Below are positions 1 through 11,696 of a stretch of DNA of 64,000 bases, one piece after another. How positions within the stretch are numbered: position 1 is the stretch's first letter; every line of letters begins with the position of its first letter. The translations under genes and the position numbers were made by a program. The notes under the pieces were generated by a model. The model did no database searches, was not told the DNA's origin, and saw only the letters and a program-made list of their open reading frames with translations. Source of the stretch: Bugula neritina (taxonomy: Eukaryota; Animalia; Bryozoa); the NCBI GenBank assembly GCA_964035545.1, contig OZ037765.1:20088995-20152994 (forward strand). Reading direction: 5' to 3'.

Positions 1-124
1 TGAAACAAACTTGTAATACAATAAAATGCATTGTGGTTTAACATGAACTACTTGAAAAATAACTTTATTGAATTCATGTAATTGACATTGTGACATGACT
101 GGTGATAGAAGTAGTTAGACCGTA

Positions 125-1319
125 TTAGAGCACATACCGATCAGCTGTAGCAACTGATGGCGGTTGTAGCAGCTCATTTTCCGAATCTGCACGATTCATA
201 CCTTTAGTTTTGCAATTGTTGCCTGTAAAAACGGTAAAAAATAACTATCAATACCAATTCTAGTAACTTAATACGTACGACTGAATTCATTACCTACAGC
301 ATGCATGTAAAATACACCTCTTTTTAATAAGATTCATGTATATAATTAAAGTAAAACTCAACATTATTTTGCCTATACCATTGGACCAACATTGTATTGC
401 CTATAGTCCTATACCATTGGATCAATGTCAATATAAATCATTAGTAACATTACCCATATATGATGTGTGGGGTCTTGGCTTCTTAGACTGAGCACCTACT
501 GATGAACAATCCTGTGCAGCTTGAAAAAGTTTTTGAAGATGTAAAGAGGAAGTAGGGGGTGGGGCACTAACAGAGCGGGTATGAGTATCACGACATTTCA
601 CATATCTCATGGTGTGTGTGTCCCATATAAGCTTTGTTACACCCACCACAGTAGGCTGTCCATAGTTGGACAAAGTTTGGTGAAGTTTGTATATGATAGA
701 TTCACCGTCTGCCTCCGAAGCCTGACCTGATAACATTAGTGTAGTAGCATGTATATGTGTCATAGTTTTAGAAAGCAGTCTGAATGCTTTATAGGTAAGT
801 TAAAAGTTCAAACTAAAATTGAAAATCATACTGAAAATGTTTTATAATTATATAAAGCCCGACCTGAACTACTTGGTCTAATTAATACATGTTGTAAATC
901 ATTGTTAGACTATAAGGACAATAAATAAAAAGTAAATACCTTCAGAAGTTACATCACGAGATCGCTGAGAAGATGCTGTTATTGGCCTACTCTTTCCTTT
1001 TATTTTCCTAGACAAATGAGATAGATTATAATATTTCATTTCTAATAAATTGTGTAAATTCACACCTCTAAATGAAAATATATGAGGAACCATAAGCATC
1101 AAAGCTGACTTTTAGTGCAATTTTACGCACATAAATAATCATTCAAAAATTGCAAAATATAAGAGTCATGATAAAATATACATACTTTTGTATCTTTGAG
1201 TTCTTTTTCGAACACTCATTGTTCTGGGCTAAGAGATCAAATGGCTCTACAGTCATTGAAAGTTTTGGCTGTGCTTGAACCACATTAAACTGGGTCTCCA
1301 AGCTATCAAGAGGTTTTCT
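125..1319 (-). CDS. 3' coding exons of an unidentified spliced gene (5' part unresolved, probably reaching the ~5.2 kb promoter)
   Basis: Four GT-AG exons (1319-1186, 1007-940, 726-454, 222-125) join in phase 0/2/1/1 into one open frame: RKPLDSLETQF...SRDVTSEG|QASEADGES...RPHTSYMG|NNCKTKG...ADRYVL*. A minus-strand AATAAA lies at ~63-68. No family recognised. Confidence 0.7.
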
Positions 1320-3929
1320 CTACAAGAAAATGCTGATCCATGTAAACGTTGGTAATTTAATATTGTGAATATTATTATACATACATGTTTATAAATTGTA
1401 AGACCTCAAAACTTAAAATAGAATAGCTTTTAACTCAAATATGTTTTATTTTATTGTATGGACTAATAGTAGAGTGTAGGCACAAAAGAACATATAATAA
1501 CTAATATTTGTTTATATAGCAACAAAGCAATATTGGAAACTTTTTAAAATATTAGTGAAATAATTGATTAGATTACCTACTCATAAACTTCAACTTCAAC
1601 TGTCCAAGATTAACTTATAATCAGGGTATTTAAAAAATATAGCCATCTGCACCAGACTCCACACTGCAAACAGTTAAATTTTAGCAGGTGAAAAAACACA
1701 CTGGAAGGCACTTGGTATTTTCTATCCTAAGCAACAATGTTAGTTTGAAAGATGTAAATAAGCAACACGTTGTTACAAATAATGTCTTTACTAGGCACTC
1801 TTAGCTACCTAGTATATGCATTCTATTCTTTTACTTGAATTATGAGTAACATTATTACGTTATTGACTATTGGTTTGTGAATACAGTAACCTTCAGTGAA
1901 CAATTATTATTGTTCACAAGATGAGTGAATAACAAGAATAAATTTAATAAAAACAGGTGTAATAGTAATATGTACCATAAAATGATGCAAGGATCAGTCA
2001 TCATGGGACAATCTAATGCAAATACTTAATTTATCAATGTTTTCAAAAGGAATTTTTTGAATAATTCGTTCATTTTAACATTTTAAAAGACATAATATTA
2101 TTCTAAATACTGCGCCTGCTGATAATAATTTTGTACTTTCCATGTGCACCTTTAGTCTTCTATTCATGGTTATGAAGCCTTGTCTCAATTTTACCAATGA
2201 ATATAAATAATAATCTCTTTACAAACTGCAGTGCTACAGGTGCTTCTCTTACATAATGATACATAGTTAATTGCTAATTACTCTGTGCAAAAATATTAAA
2301 ACAACAAACAAATATTTTAAATATGTAGTTGCAACTTATAGTGCCATCAGCATACACAAAATGGATTATATGTTCTAAGATGCCATGCGCCAATATATGC
2401 ATATATAATGATGCAGCTTCATTTACATATATATAATTTACAATGTTCTTGTGCATTTCTTATTTTACTTTAAGTAAACAATATAAATACAGAAAGTTTC
2501 AATTTAGCTATTACTAAGTTATTAGAAAGGTTTGTTTTTAGTATTTAGAACAAGTTTCCACCAACAAATGTTTTTATTTCGTCCCAAAGAAAGTCTGCTA
2601 ACATTCTACTTGTTTTTGAGCCTTAGTAATTTCTAAGCTGGTAGTAATTAAAACAATCGCTTGTATAATTTTTTCCAAGTTGTAAATTGTTGACTATTTC
2701 TTAGTTTATTCAGCTGCCGATGAATAAATAGAGATAAAATCGATCAGGGTCAGTCAGCATCAATCTTACTTGACACTTACTAAGAAATTTCTGTTAATAT
2801 GAAGTTTAAAAATCTAGTCACTTTTATCTAAACACACCAAGTATTAGATGTTTATCAAATCAAACAAGTGATGCAATATATCAGGTTAGCAAATAGTTGT
2901 TAGCAAACTATGAATTGTGGTTAGATTTTTATGGATGTTAAAGGGCAGTTACTGGTCAACTGTTACTAAATTAACATTTTATCCATACCAATTCCCTGTA
3001 CAAATTCCAAGATATGGTTGAATAAGGCATAATTGCTGGCCACTACAAAATAATCATTAAGTGCTGAAAATGGTTTCTAATATTACAAGTTTTACTCTTT
3101 TCAACAACTGAAGAAAAATTAGCTTTGAATCTTAATATTCACTTCTTATCTATATATCAATAAGTTCTATTAAACAATTCATAAGAGTAAGGGTAGTACA
3201 AGAAAGGAAACAATAAGTTAGCCATACCTGAAATGCACAAAATCAATAGTTTTAAATGAGTTAAAGTTATAAATCATTAGGATGAGTCTTTTAAACAGCA
3301 AGAATAATATTTGTGTTGGTCAATAAAGTTGGATTGGTAAATAAGTTTTATGCCAAAATTTGTATCTATTTCAAAAAGCAAGCTTAACACTGCATCAACA
3401 GTCAATTATTAAGAGCTACATTCTCTAGGTCTGCTATTCTATCTAAAGTTTATATTATAAACACTCACGCACACATTAGAAAGATTGCAAAGATCATATT
3501 TTCAACATTCTTAAAAAAAGTAGCCAATAAATTATATAAATAATTATGAATAAGAAATTTCCAGAGTCTAAATAAAAAAGTATAATTTTAAATAAGGTAT
3601 GAGCATTTATCTTAATGAAAATGCCAACTCTACTTTCCAATAGACATACCAGTGAATGTTACCAAAATTACCATACCCACAAGATAAGCTAGTGGGCATA
3701 AATTTATATATTAAAATTCAATTTACAGGCAAATATAGTATTACACAGGTACAAGGGTATCTTCACTTACTATTGAACATTCTTATTTTAAATATGGTTA
3801 TACACCATGCATACTTTATCTCTTATTAAAAATAGGCTGTCATTTTGATATGCTAATATATTTTGCTGTCGTATATATATATTTTATACTAAATACATTA
3901 TAATGCAAGCTATATAAAAACTCTTGCAA

Positions 3930-4126
3930 TTTTATAATCACTGTCTCTGTAAGAACCCCTGATAGAAATGAGTTTCTTTAAAGTAGGCTACAGACTTATT
4001 CGGAAAGGCACAGGAGAAATCATGATTGGATGCTTTTCTCAACATCACCAATGGTCTTTACTGGGGTTCGAACTCATGACTCCGTGTTTACTAAGCCAAC
4101 GCTCTAACCCCTAAATCATGGCTGCT
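3930..4126 (-). mobile_element. tRNA-derived SINE, copy 1
   Basis: Minus strand reads AGCAGCCATGATTTAGGGGTTAGAGCGTTGGC...GAGTTCGAACCCCAG (A-box-like plus B box), then a body (AAAGACCATTGGTGATGTTG...) shared with copies at 12634 and 38600-39105. Confidence 0.8.
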
Positions 4127-5289
4127 TTGTGGGCTATATATTTTATGATATATTATGCTATTGCATACAAAGTAGTACACATATAATTTTAGATTTCACA
4201 ACTAAATTAGATTATAATACAAGCCGCGACATATTTTAGTTTGCAAGAATTAGTCCACTATTTTACGAGAATTTACAGCAGCAACAGGATTTGACATAGA
4301 AACCTTATAAAACTAATATAAAATTCTATTATAAACTCACACAAAATTCTAATATAAATATTTATAAATTACCACCCTCTAGCAACCATAATTACTTCAA
4401 AAGTTATACTATCTGTCAGACTTGGTAATTCTGTGAGTTTATTACTACTCCTACCTTATGTATTTTCTACTACAACAGCCATGCATCTAAACAAGCTTAA
4501 TGCTAAGAAAGAGCTTCACTTAAGTGCAGTAGTGGAAAAATTGAGAACACTCAAGTTCTTTAATTTTATTGTTAAATTTTGGTTTGGGGTGCGCGTTGGA
4601 ATTCTCACAAGAAAATAACTTCTTATGCTACATTACTAATCTAGAAAACAGGCTTTTCTTAATTTTTCTATTATTGCACTTACCTCAAAAAAGGCCTTGT
4701 ACCTTATATTGTCAGAAGTTGAAACCTCTTTATAACTAAACATAACAGTAACTACCCCCAGTCCAAAAACAAAATTGAAAACATTCTCTAGTTCTAAAAA
4801 CATAGCTTTAGCATGAGTTATGTAGTTTCCTTGCCTAAACTATCATTATGATTTCTTGCTATCACTATCAGTATCACAGCTCAAAACACTAACAAATTCT
4901 TCTAGTTACTTCATCATTAACTTCAAGTGTGTTAACTCACTAACTGAGACCTACACAGACCTCTTAGCTCCTAATCTAGAATTGCTTAAATTAAGGGTAA
5001 ACTGTCAATTTCAGCAGTCTCTCTTTGTCTATAAGCAAATTTTCCTATAGGAAATTTAACGTTCAATTTAAGGTTAAAGAGCACTTCCAAAAGTCTTTTT
5101 GAGCAATAACTTTAAATAATATTTACCGAAATCCTGCAATCGTTCACTGATATAGTTGGTAAATGTTGAAACTTAATACGTATCGTTTTGTTTCAATTCA
5201 TTTACTCTGATAGTATTTTATGCAAGAAAGATATAAAATGTGATATATAAATACGCAAGAAAATATTATATTGCTTATAATAATATTAG

Positions 5290-5620
5290 ATTCACAGTTT
5301 CCGGAATTGCAAGAGGGCTGCCATCTTTATTGTTACCAAGCTACTTTTAAATCTCGAAAAAAATGATGTTGTGCTTTTTTACGTGCATTTTGTTTTTTTT
5401 AAATTATTTTTTTATTTTTTTTATTTATTTATTTATTTATGAATATTTTGTTTTAAGAACTTTTGTTAAGTGGTGCGTTAAAGGCTAAACTGAAATACGA
5501 AATTCGAAAATATAAAATCATTTTTTACTGAGATCTCAAAGGACAAGGCGTTCCAATAAAGTGGCAGCCTAAAGCGAAAGGTTAACGAAGTAAACGTGTA
5601 AAACTAAAACCTATGCAAAT
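5290..5620. promoter_or_regulatory. Inferred divergent promoter between the unidentified gene and CDC20
   Basis: Local CpG/GC rise between divergent genes. Contains TTCCGGAA (ETS-like, ~5299), GCCATCTT (YY1-like, 5320-5327) and GTTACCAAGCTAC (X-box-like, 5332-5344). TSS is inferred, not observed. Confidence 0.45.
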
Positions 5621-5714
5621 ACATTGGTTTTCTTAGTTTATCCATTGTTTTATTTCTGCACCATTATTGTAAGTTGTACTTGTTGATCGATTTAATAATT
5701 ATAATAATAATATG

Positions 5715-6450
5715 AACTTAAACTTTAGACTTAGTCTAAGTCTTTAACACTAACAGTTTTAGTTTAGTTTTAGTTTTACTAATAGTAACACTAACACTAA
5801 GTCAAAGTGATTAATACTGACAGTAACTGTACGTGAGTAACAGTAACTCTTACTAGCAGTAACACCAACAGTAACAATAATTTTACTAACAGTAATTCTA
5901 AGAGACTAAGACTGTTACCAAGAGACGGACTCAGAACACCACTATCAGTATCACTATGAGTATGACTAAGTGATAAGTCTAACTTTGAAAGTAAGTCTTA
6001 TACTTATAGTTTAGTCATTATATGTTATACTAAAAGTAAATACTTAGACTTAGAGTTATACTTATTCTTATAGTTAAACTTAGTCTTACCTCTTCGAGTC
6101 TTTAAGTTTAAGTTAGAGAGGTAAGACTAAGTAGTAGTACTACTACTAACTCTAAGACTAAGAGTAAATCAGTTAGTCTAAGTTAGTAGGTATTTAAAAG
6201 AAAAATAATATTATTGTTATTATCTTTAATCATGATTAAATTTAAATTTAATCATTACGATGTTCATTACCACTTCATAATGATAATCAAATCATTGTGA
6301 TTATTTGATAATCATTAATGATCAATTCAATTTAATGATTATGTTAATCTAGAAATGATCTTAGTAATATTAAGGCAATGAATATGATGCTGATAATGAA
6401 TGTCAGTGACCGCTGATTATCATTATGATTAGGAACATAATTATGTTAGG
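5715..6450. repeat. Degenerate ~6-bp periodic, palindrome-rich tract in the CDC20 5' region
   Basis: e.g. act atc agt atc act atg agt atg act aag; agt aac acc aac agt aac. Followed by a TGATAA/TCATTA-rich block at 6205-6450. Confidence 0.7.
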
Positions 6451-7178
6451 GTGGCTGTTACTGTTAGATTACTACATGCAGGCTTTAAAATGTTGAAAAG
6501 GAAGTCCAAGCTCGTTGGCCATTGCAGTTATTACTGATTGCTCTATCAGTTGGTGTTGCTGAATTGTAATTGTATTACAAATTATTTAAAGAATACTAAG
6601 TGATGCAGTCACTCAAAGCTAACTTTTAAAGTTATTGATAATGAAAGATTTGCATTTTAATGTTAAGATATTATATAAAATTTTAGTTTCAATGCAGATA
6701 GATGTCCCTATAGTTACTTGCCAAGTTTACTGATAATTTTCATTGTTATAGTTGGTTTACATCATATTTTGGATTTAGTTGTAGCTGTTAACAATATTCC
6801 AACCTCAATATGAGTGTAGATAAATATTGCTATGACAGTTTTCTAAATGTTGTGATTTTGATTAGTTTCTTATTAATGGCAGGTAATGTGTAGATACTGT
6901 TATTTCATATTTTTCATATCATACTAAAAAAATTCATGTGCTTAAAAATTTGTATTTTTTTTATTGGAAATTTAAGCTATTCCTTTACATAATGATTATG
7001 TGATTTTGCTTTATTCTGCATATAGAAGATAAACACCCATAGTTTCAGTAATGGGGTCAGTAAAGGAAGTTGATAGAAGTTGAAAAACTTTCATCATGTA
7101 GAACTTTTAGGCTCAAACATATATTTATATAATTTCAATTATGTTTTAAAATTTGTAGTTCTCATTTATCCAAAGGAT

Positions 7179-10100
7179 ATGGCTTTTAGTTTGGAAAATG
7201 AATTTCGAAAAGCAGTAAAAATTGATGGGCCAATAACTAAAGGCCCTCTGATGCGTTGGCAAAGAAAATTAAATGATTCTAGTGCTAACAGTAGCATGTT
7301 GAATTCTAATAATTCACTTGTCCAAATGAACTGCTCACTAAATAGTCTATCTTCAAAGCACGGAAAAGAGAACGGGTCAAATAAATCTACACCCTCGAGA
7401 AACAGCAGAACTCCCGGTATGCTTACTTACATTATTAGTAATCAATCTCTATTTCATTTCCATCATCAATATAAAAGTGGTTGTAACTTTAGAGACCAAC
7501 ACTCGTGCATCTTAAATCACAATACAGGATAGTTGAACTTGCCTGCTATCTTCTGTTCTCCTCATTTGTCCTTGTCCTTGAAGGAGTTGTGTAGTCCTCC
7601 TGAATAAGTACATTAGTGATAATTATTGCTACAGGCAGCTCCAAAACACCTACTAGAGCTGCTGCCATTGTGGGAGATAGATTTATTCCAAATCGAGCCT
7701 CTACAAATCTGGAGACAGCACATCACCTTGCCAGTCAAGGTGAAAGCAGTGCAACTGCTGACTGCACCAACAAAGGGGAGTCCCAGGCATCCGAGAAGGA
7801 GGAGTATGAGAAAGTCCTCAACGGAGATGAATTGAAGTCAAAGGTGCTGGCTTTCAGAAACAAACCTCCATCGGCCCCAGAAGGTAGTCATGGTTTTTAA
7901 TGTAGTGAATGGTGTTTAAAGAAGTATTTTAGGCTAATAATATTGTTACTTAATTCAATGGATTAAAATCTTAAGGTTTTATTTTTGTAATAGAAAATAA
8001 TCATTCCACGCAGGCAAAAGTTTCAACATTTGCAGTCAAACTGTAATTACCCATTAAAATTGCATTTAAATGTCTATCATGTCGTGCAGTTTTATAATAG
8101 TGTTATGGTAGTGTAATCAAACAAGTGGTTATAAGGCCCAAATTTAATTTTAGATTTTTTGAAGAGTAATTTGCTGACTCAAATTATATTTTTGTTGCAG
8201 TTCTCAGCAGTAGCAATAGTACACCAACTGGTATGTTGGGAATGTTGTATCATTTCTTTCTATTAATTGTTATGCAGATATTATTAAGCTGTTGACCATA
8301 GTGTGTACAACACACCTTTCTCTGTTACTAAATGGGGTGGGGGGGGGGCAGTTGCAGTCTAAATAATGTTATTGTATTGTATGTTGCTGATGAAGACATC
8401 AAATGTTCCAGATTTTGTACTGCAGCTGCAACTGGATGAAATTAGAAATCATAGTGTTTATAGCTTAGATTTAGGCTGTAAGAGTCAGGATGAGTTTGAA
8501 TCATCAGTTGTTTACCTCTTTTGTATTGTTTGTCAAAATTGCTGTTCAGATATTCTATGAAAGTGGTCAAGCCAGCTTTACTCCTGTCATTGCAGGTCAC
8601 TTGAACATGCAAAAGGTAATGTACAGTCAGACAAAAACTCCTTTATGTTCGTCTAAGAAGGCTAGTCGCAGTATTCCTTCTGCACCAGAGCGAGTTCTGG
8701 ATGCCCCTGACCTCCAGGATGATTACTGTAAGGTTCATCATATTCTTTAATGTGCAAATGGTTTTAGTCTAGAAAGTTTGAGCTTTGATATAACGGGGAG
8801 AGGGGTTAGCTGTGAAAACTAGCACGAGCACCTTTCTTGTGGGCATCATGGTGCTTAGTTGATGTGTAGGTCAGTTAAACAGTTGAAGAAGGTGGAAATG
8901 CTAATAGATTTTGTTGGGAATGGAATATGATCAGGTCTGACAGCGTAGTTTTATAATTTGCTGTTCTATCATTCAACATCATAGCTGTTATTTAGTTTTT
9001 TTAATGTTTTGAGGATTGTCTTCTTTTTTAAAGATGTTGGCGGTGTGCTGTAGTTTTAAAATGATTTGGCATAGGCATGGAGCTCTAGCATATTGTTACT
9101 CCAACTGGTTGTAGATCTCAACTTGGTGTCGTGGTCTAGTACAAACGTACTGGCAGTTGCTTTGGGCTACAGACTGTATATCTGGAATGCCAGTACTGGG
9201 GATATTGGTATGTTGACTGAATTTGATGAGTTTAATATGATTGGCTCAGTCTCATGGGTGGAGGATGGTGACATCTTGAGTATAGGGACTAGCTCCGGTG
9301 AAGTACAGGTATTTCGGCATGTTTTAATTCATAGTTGTGTTCATCCAGAGACATACTTTTGGTTAAGTGTTGATTTTCACCTCCGACATGATTTACCATT
9401 GTAGCAAGTGTTTAATATTTTAGATCTGATGGAACATATTAGTGAAAAGTTTAAAATAAATTGTTTTCATCTAGCATAAACATATAACAATACAGTTCAA
9501 CAAATTGAATGGCAAATGTGTCTTATGATTGCATTATCTAAGATATTTATTAATCCTTTTTTTATAATTTTTTGCCTTTGCACATTGAATATTGTCTCCA
9601 AGCATACATGTTGACTGATGATAAGGCTCAAACTTGTACATGGCGCACAAAGTGCCAGACTGCAAGTTGTAGTTCATATGAACTTTTTAAAATAAACCTG
9701 ATGTGAAAATAACTAAATAAGTAATATTGTTATGATTTTCAGAATTAGGGTCGATGTGCAACCAAGAGAGTCTATTTACTGCTAGAGAAACTTCACCGTG
9801 ATAAGTCGAGTAGATATTGTTATATTTAGGTACAAGGATACATAATAAAATCTGATATACAACAGTTAACAATACACACGTCTATTTAATTTACTGCACT
9901 ATCCTCAACTGGTTAGTAGCGCGAAGCTAACTACTGCTCCCCATTAGTAGCTTCGCTAATTGGCTAATACATAGTTCCGGGTCAATACGCGACCTTGCGT
10001 ATTGTGTTGCTGGTAGCTCTACGAGCCACCACAATATCTAACCTCTATTTAAACTTAATTTTACTGCTTGGTACTTCTTTAATTTCAATTATTATATATA

Positions 10101-11607
10101 CTTGCTATGCCATCTTGCCAACCCAACGCATGTATTGCTGTCTGTAGATTTGGGATGCAGCTGCTGAGAAAAAGTTGCGTTCCATGGATGGCCATGAGTG
10201 TCGTGTTGGTAGCTTAGCATGGAACACACATTTACTGAGCAGGTAATCTAATCTCTCCTCACCAACTGCTGGATAACACAGTGTCTACGATTGTGTGTTG
10301 TGTGGTTAAGTCAGTCACTTCATACCGTAACTGTGTATTGTAGTGGTAGTAGAAATGGTATGATCCACCACCATGATGTACGAGTAGCTCAGCACCTTGT
10401 TGGTACTCTAACAGCACACAGTCAAGAGATCTGTGGCCTGCAGTGGTCTCCCAATGGTAAACATTTGGCTAGTGGTGCTAATGACAATATAGTAAATGTC
10501 TGGCCAGACAAGTTCTCCACATCTGTATCAGTTCCACCGATTCACTCCTTTGAACAACACCAGGCTGCTGTGAAAGCTATAGCCTGGTGCCCGTGGCAGT
10601 CAAGTTTACTGGCTAGTGGAGGCGGCACAGCCGACCGCTGTATCAAGTTTTGGAACGTCAACTCTGGAGCCTGTCTTAATAGCATCGACACCAAGTCTCA
10701 GGTCTGGTCACTGGCTTCTGTGGCTTCAAATTATTAATTTCTAGGTTGCTTTTTACTTTTCATGGGTTTTATAATTCTTAACGACATTGTTTTTCTAGTC
10801 AAATATTTGACTTGCAACCTGGGTCATTTTTCTTAATTTAGTAGTTAGTACACACTGGAAATCTCCAGTTTTTAGCTATTTTTCACCATCTAGCTGCGAA
10901 AAATCCATAACGGTCCCCAATCCAAATTAGCTAAATAAATAGGAAAAAAATGGGAAATCAAGCAAAATTAAGAAGAACCTTGATTATATAAGTGTATTTA
11001 TTGATATTTTACTAGTTTTGGGCAAAAAACCATGTTCATTAGCAGCTAAATTGTGAAAAAATAGCTAAAACTTGAGATTTCCAGTGTGTACTAAATTAAG
11101 AAAAATGACACATCTAAATCTATGATGCAGGGCCATGTTATGGTCATTACTCCTATGTTACTTCTACTATCAATTACATTTGTGTAATTAGGTATGTGCC
11201 ATACTTTGGAATAAGGAACACAGAGAGTTAATCTCTAGCCACGGCTACCCAGACCATCACCTCACCATTTGGAAGTATCCACAGATGACAAGAGTTGCAG
11301 ATCTAATGGGTAGGTTTTATTCATTTCTCTAATTGGCTGGATTTGGAAACATGCCGGTACTACACCTGCATGCATGTGTTACATGTACTTTAAGTACTCT
11401 GCAACTCTGTCATGTCTCTGTTGGGCAGGGCACACTGACCGAGTGCTGCATATGGCCATGTCACCAGATGGCACCAGCGTTGTATCCGGAGCAGCTGATG
11501 AAACATTGCGCCTATGGAACTGTTTTGCAGTTGACCCGGCCAAGGCCAAGTCTGCTGTGCGGGCCAAGGCTTCTTCTACTATACCACTCTCTAAAGGCAT
11601 CAGATGA
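7179..11607 (+). CDS. CDC20: Cell division cycle protein 20 (APC/C co-activator, WD40)
   Basis: Exons ~7179-7416, 7635-7883, 8596-8727, 9115-9308, 10149-10242, 10344-10701, 11192-11310, 11429-11607. Motifs: RWQRK, KEN box (GKENG), C-box DRFIPNR, KILR-equivalent KVLAF, PERVLDAP, LASGGGTADRCIKFWN, C-terminal IR tail (GIR*). Confidence 0.97.
9905..10050. other. CpG-rich intronic segment with three adjacent hairpins (possible transposon end or structured RNA)
   Basis: GCGAAGCTA(9921-9929)/TAGCTTCGC(9948-9956); CAATACGC(9983-9990)/GCGTATTG(9997-10004); TGGTAGCTC(10011-10019)/GAGCCACCA(10023-10031). Confidence 0.5.
10821..11111. mobile_element. MITE with ~70-bp terminal inverted repeats in a CDC20 intron
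   Basis: Left arm GGGTCATTTTTCTTAATTTAGT(AGTTAGT)ACACACTGGAAATCTCCAGTTTTTAGCTATTTTTCAC mirrors right arm GTGAAAAAATAGCTAAAACTTGAGATTTCCAGTGTGTACTAAATTAAGAAAAATGACAC. No clear TSD. Confidence 0.8.
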
Positions 11608-11696
11608 TTGATTCAGTACAGTTAAATAATTTATTTCTTATTTTATACATATTTAGCTGTATACTTTATTACAAAAATAGATACATCAAAAATATT

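Noticed and set aside
4060-4126. tRNA gene
   Set aside because: A/B boxes are degenerate, there is no clean cloverleaf, and the sequence continues into a body shared with other dispersed copies, so it is a SINE head.
5344-5362. CDE/CHR-like cell-cycle element for CDC20 (TTCGAGATTTAAAA on the minus strand)
   Set aside because: Too degenerate in AT-rich DNA, and the TSS is unknown.
5715-6190. Periodic tracts as protein-coding repeats or CRISPR-like arrays
   Set aside because: Stops in all frames and no constant repeat-spacer structure; eukaryotic intronic context.
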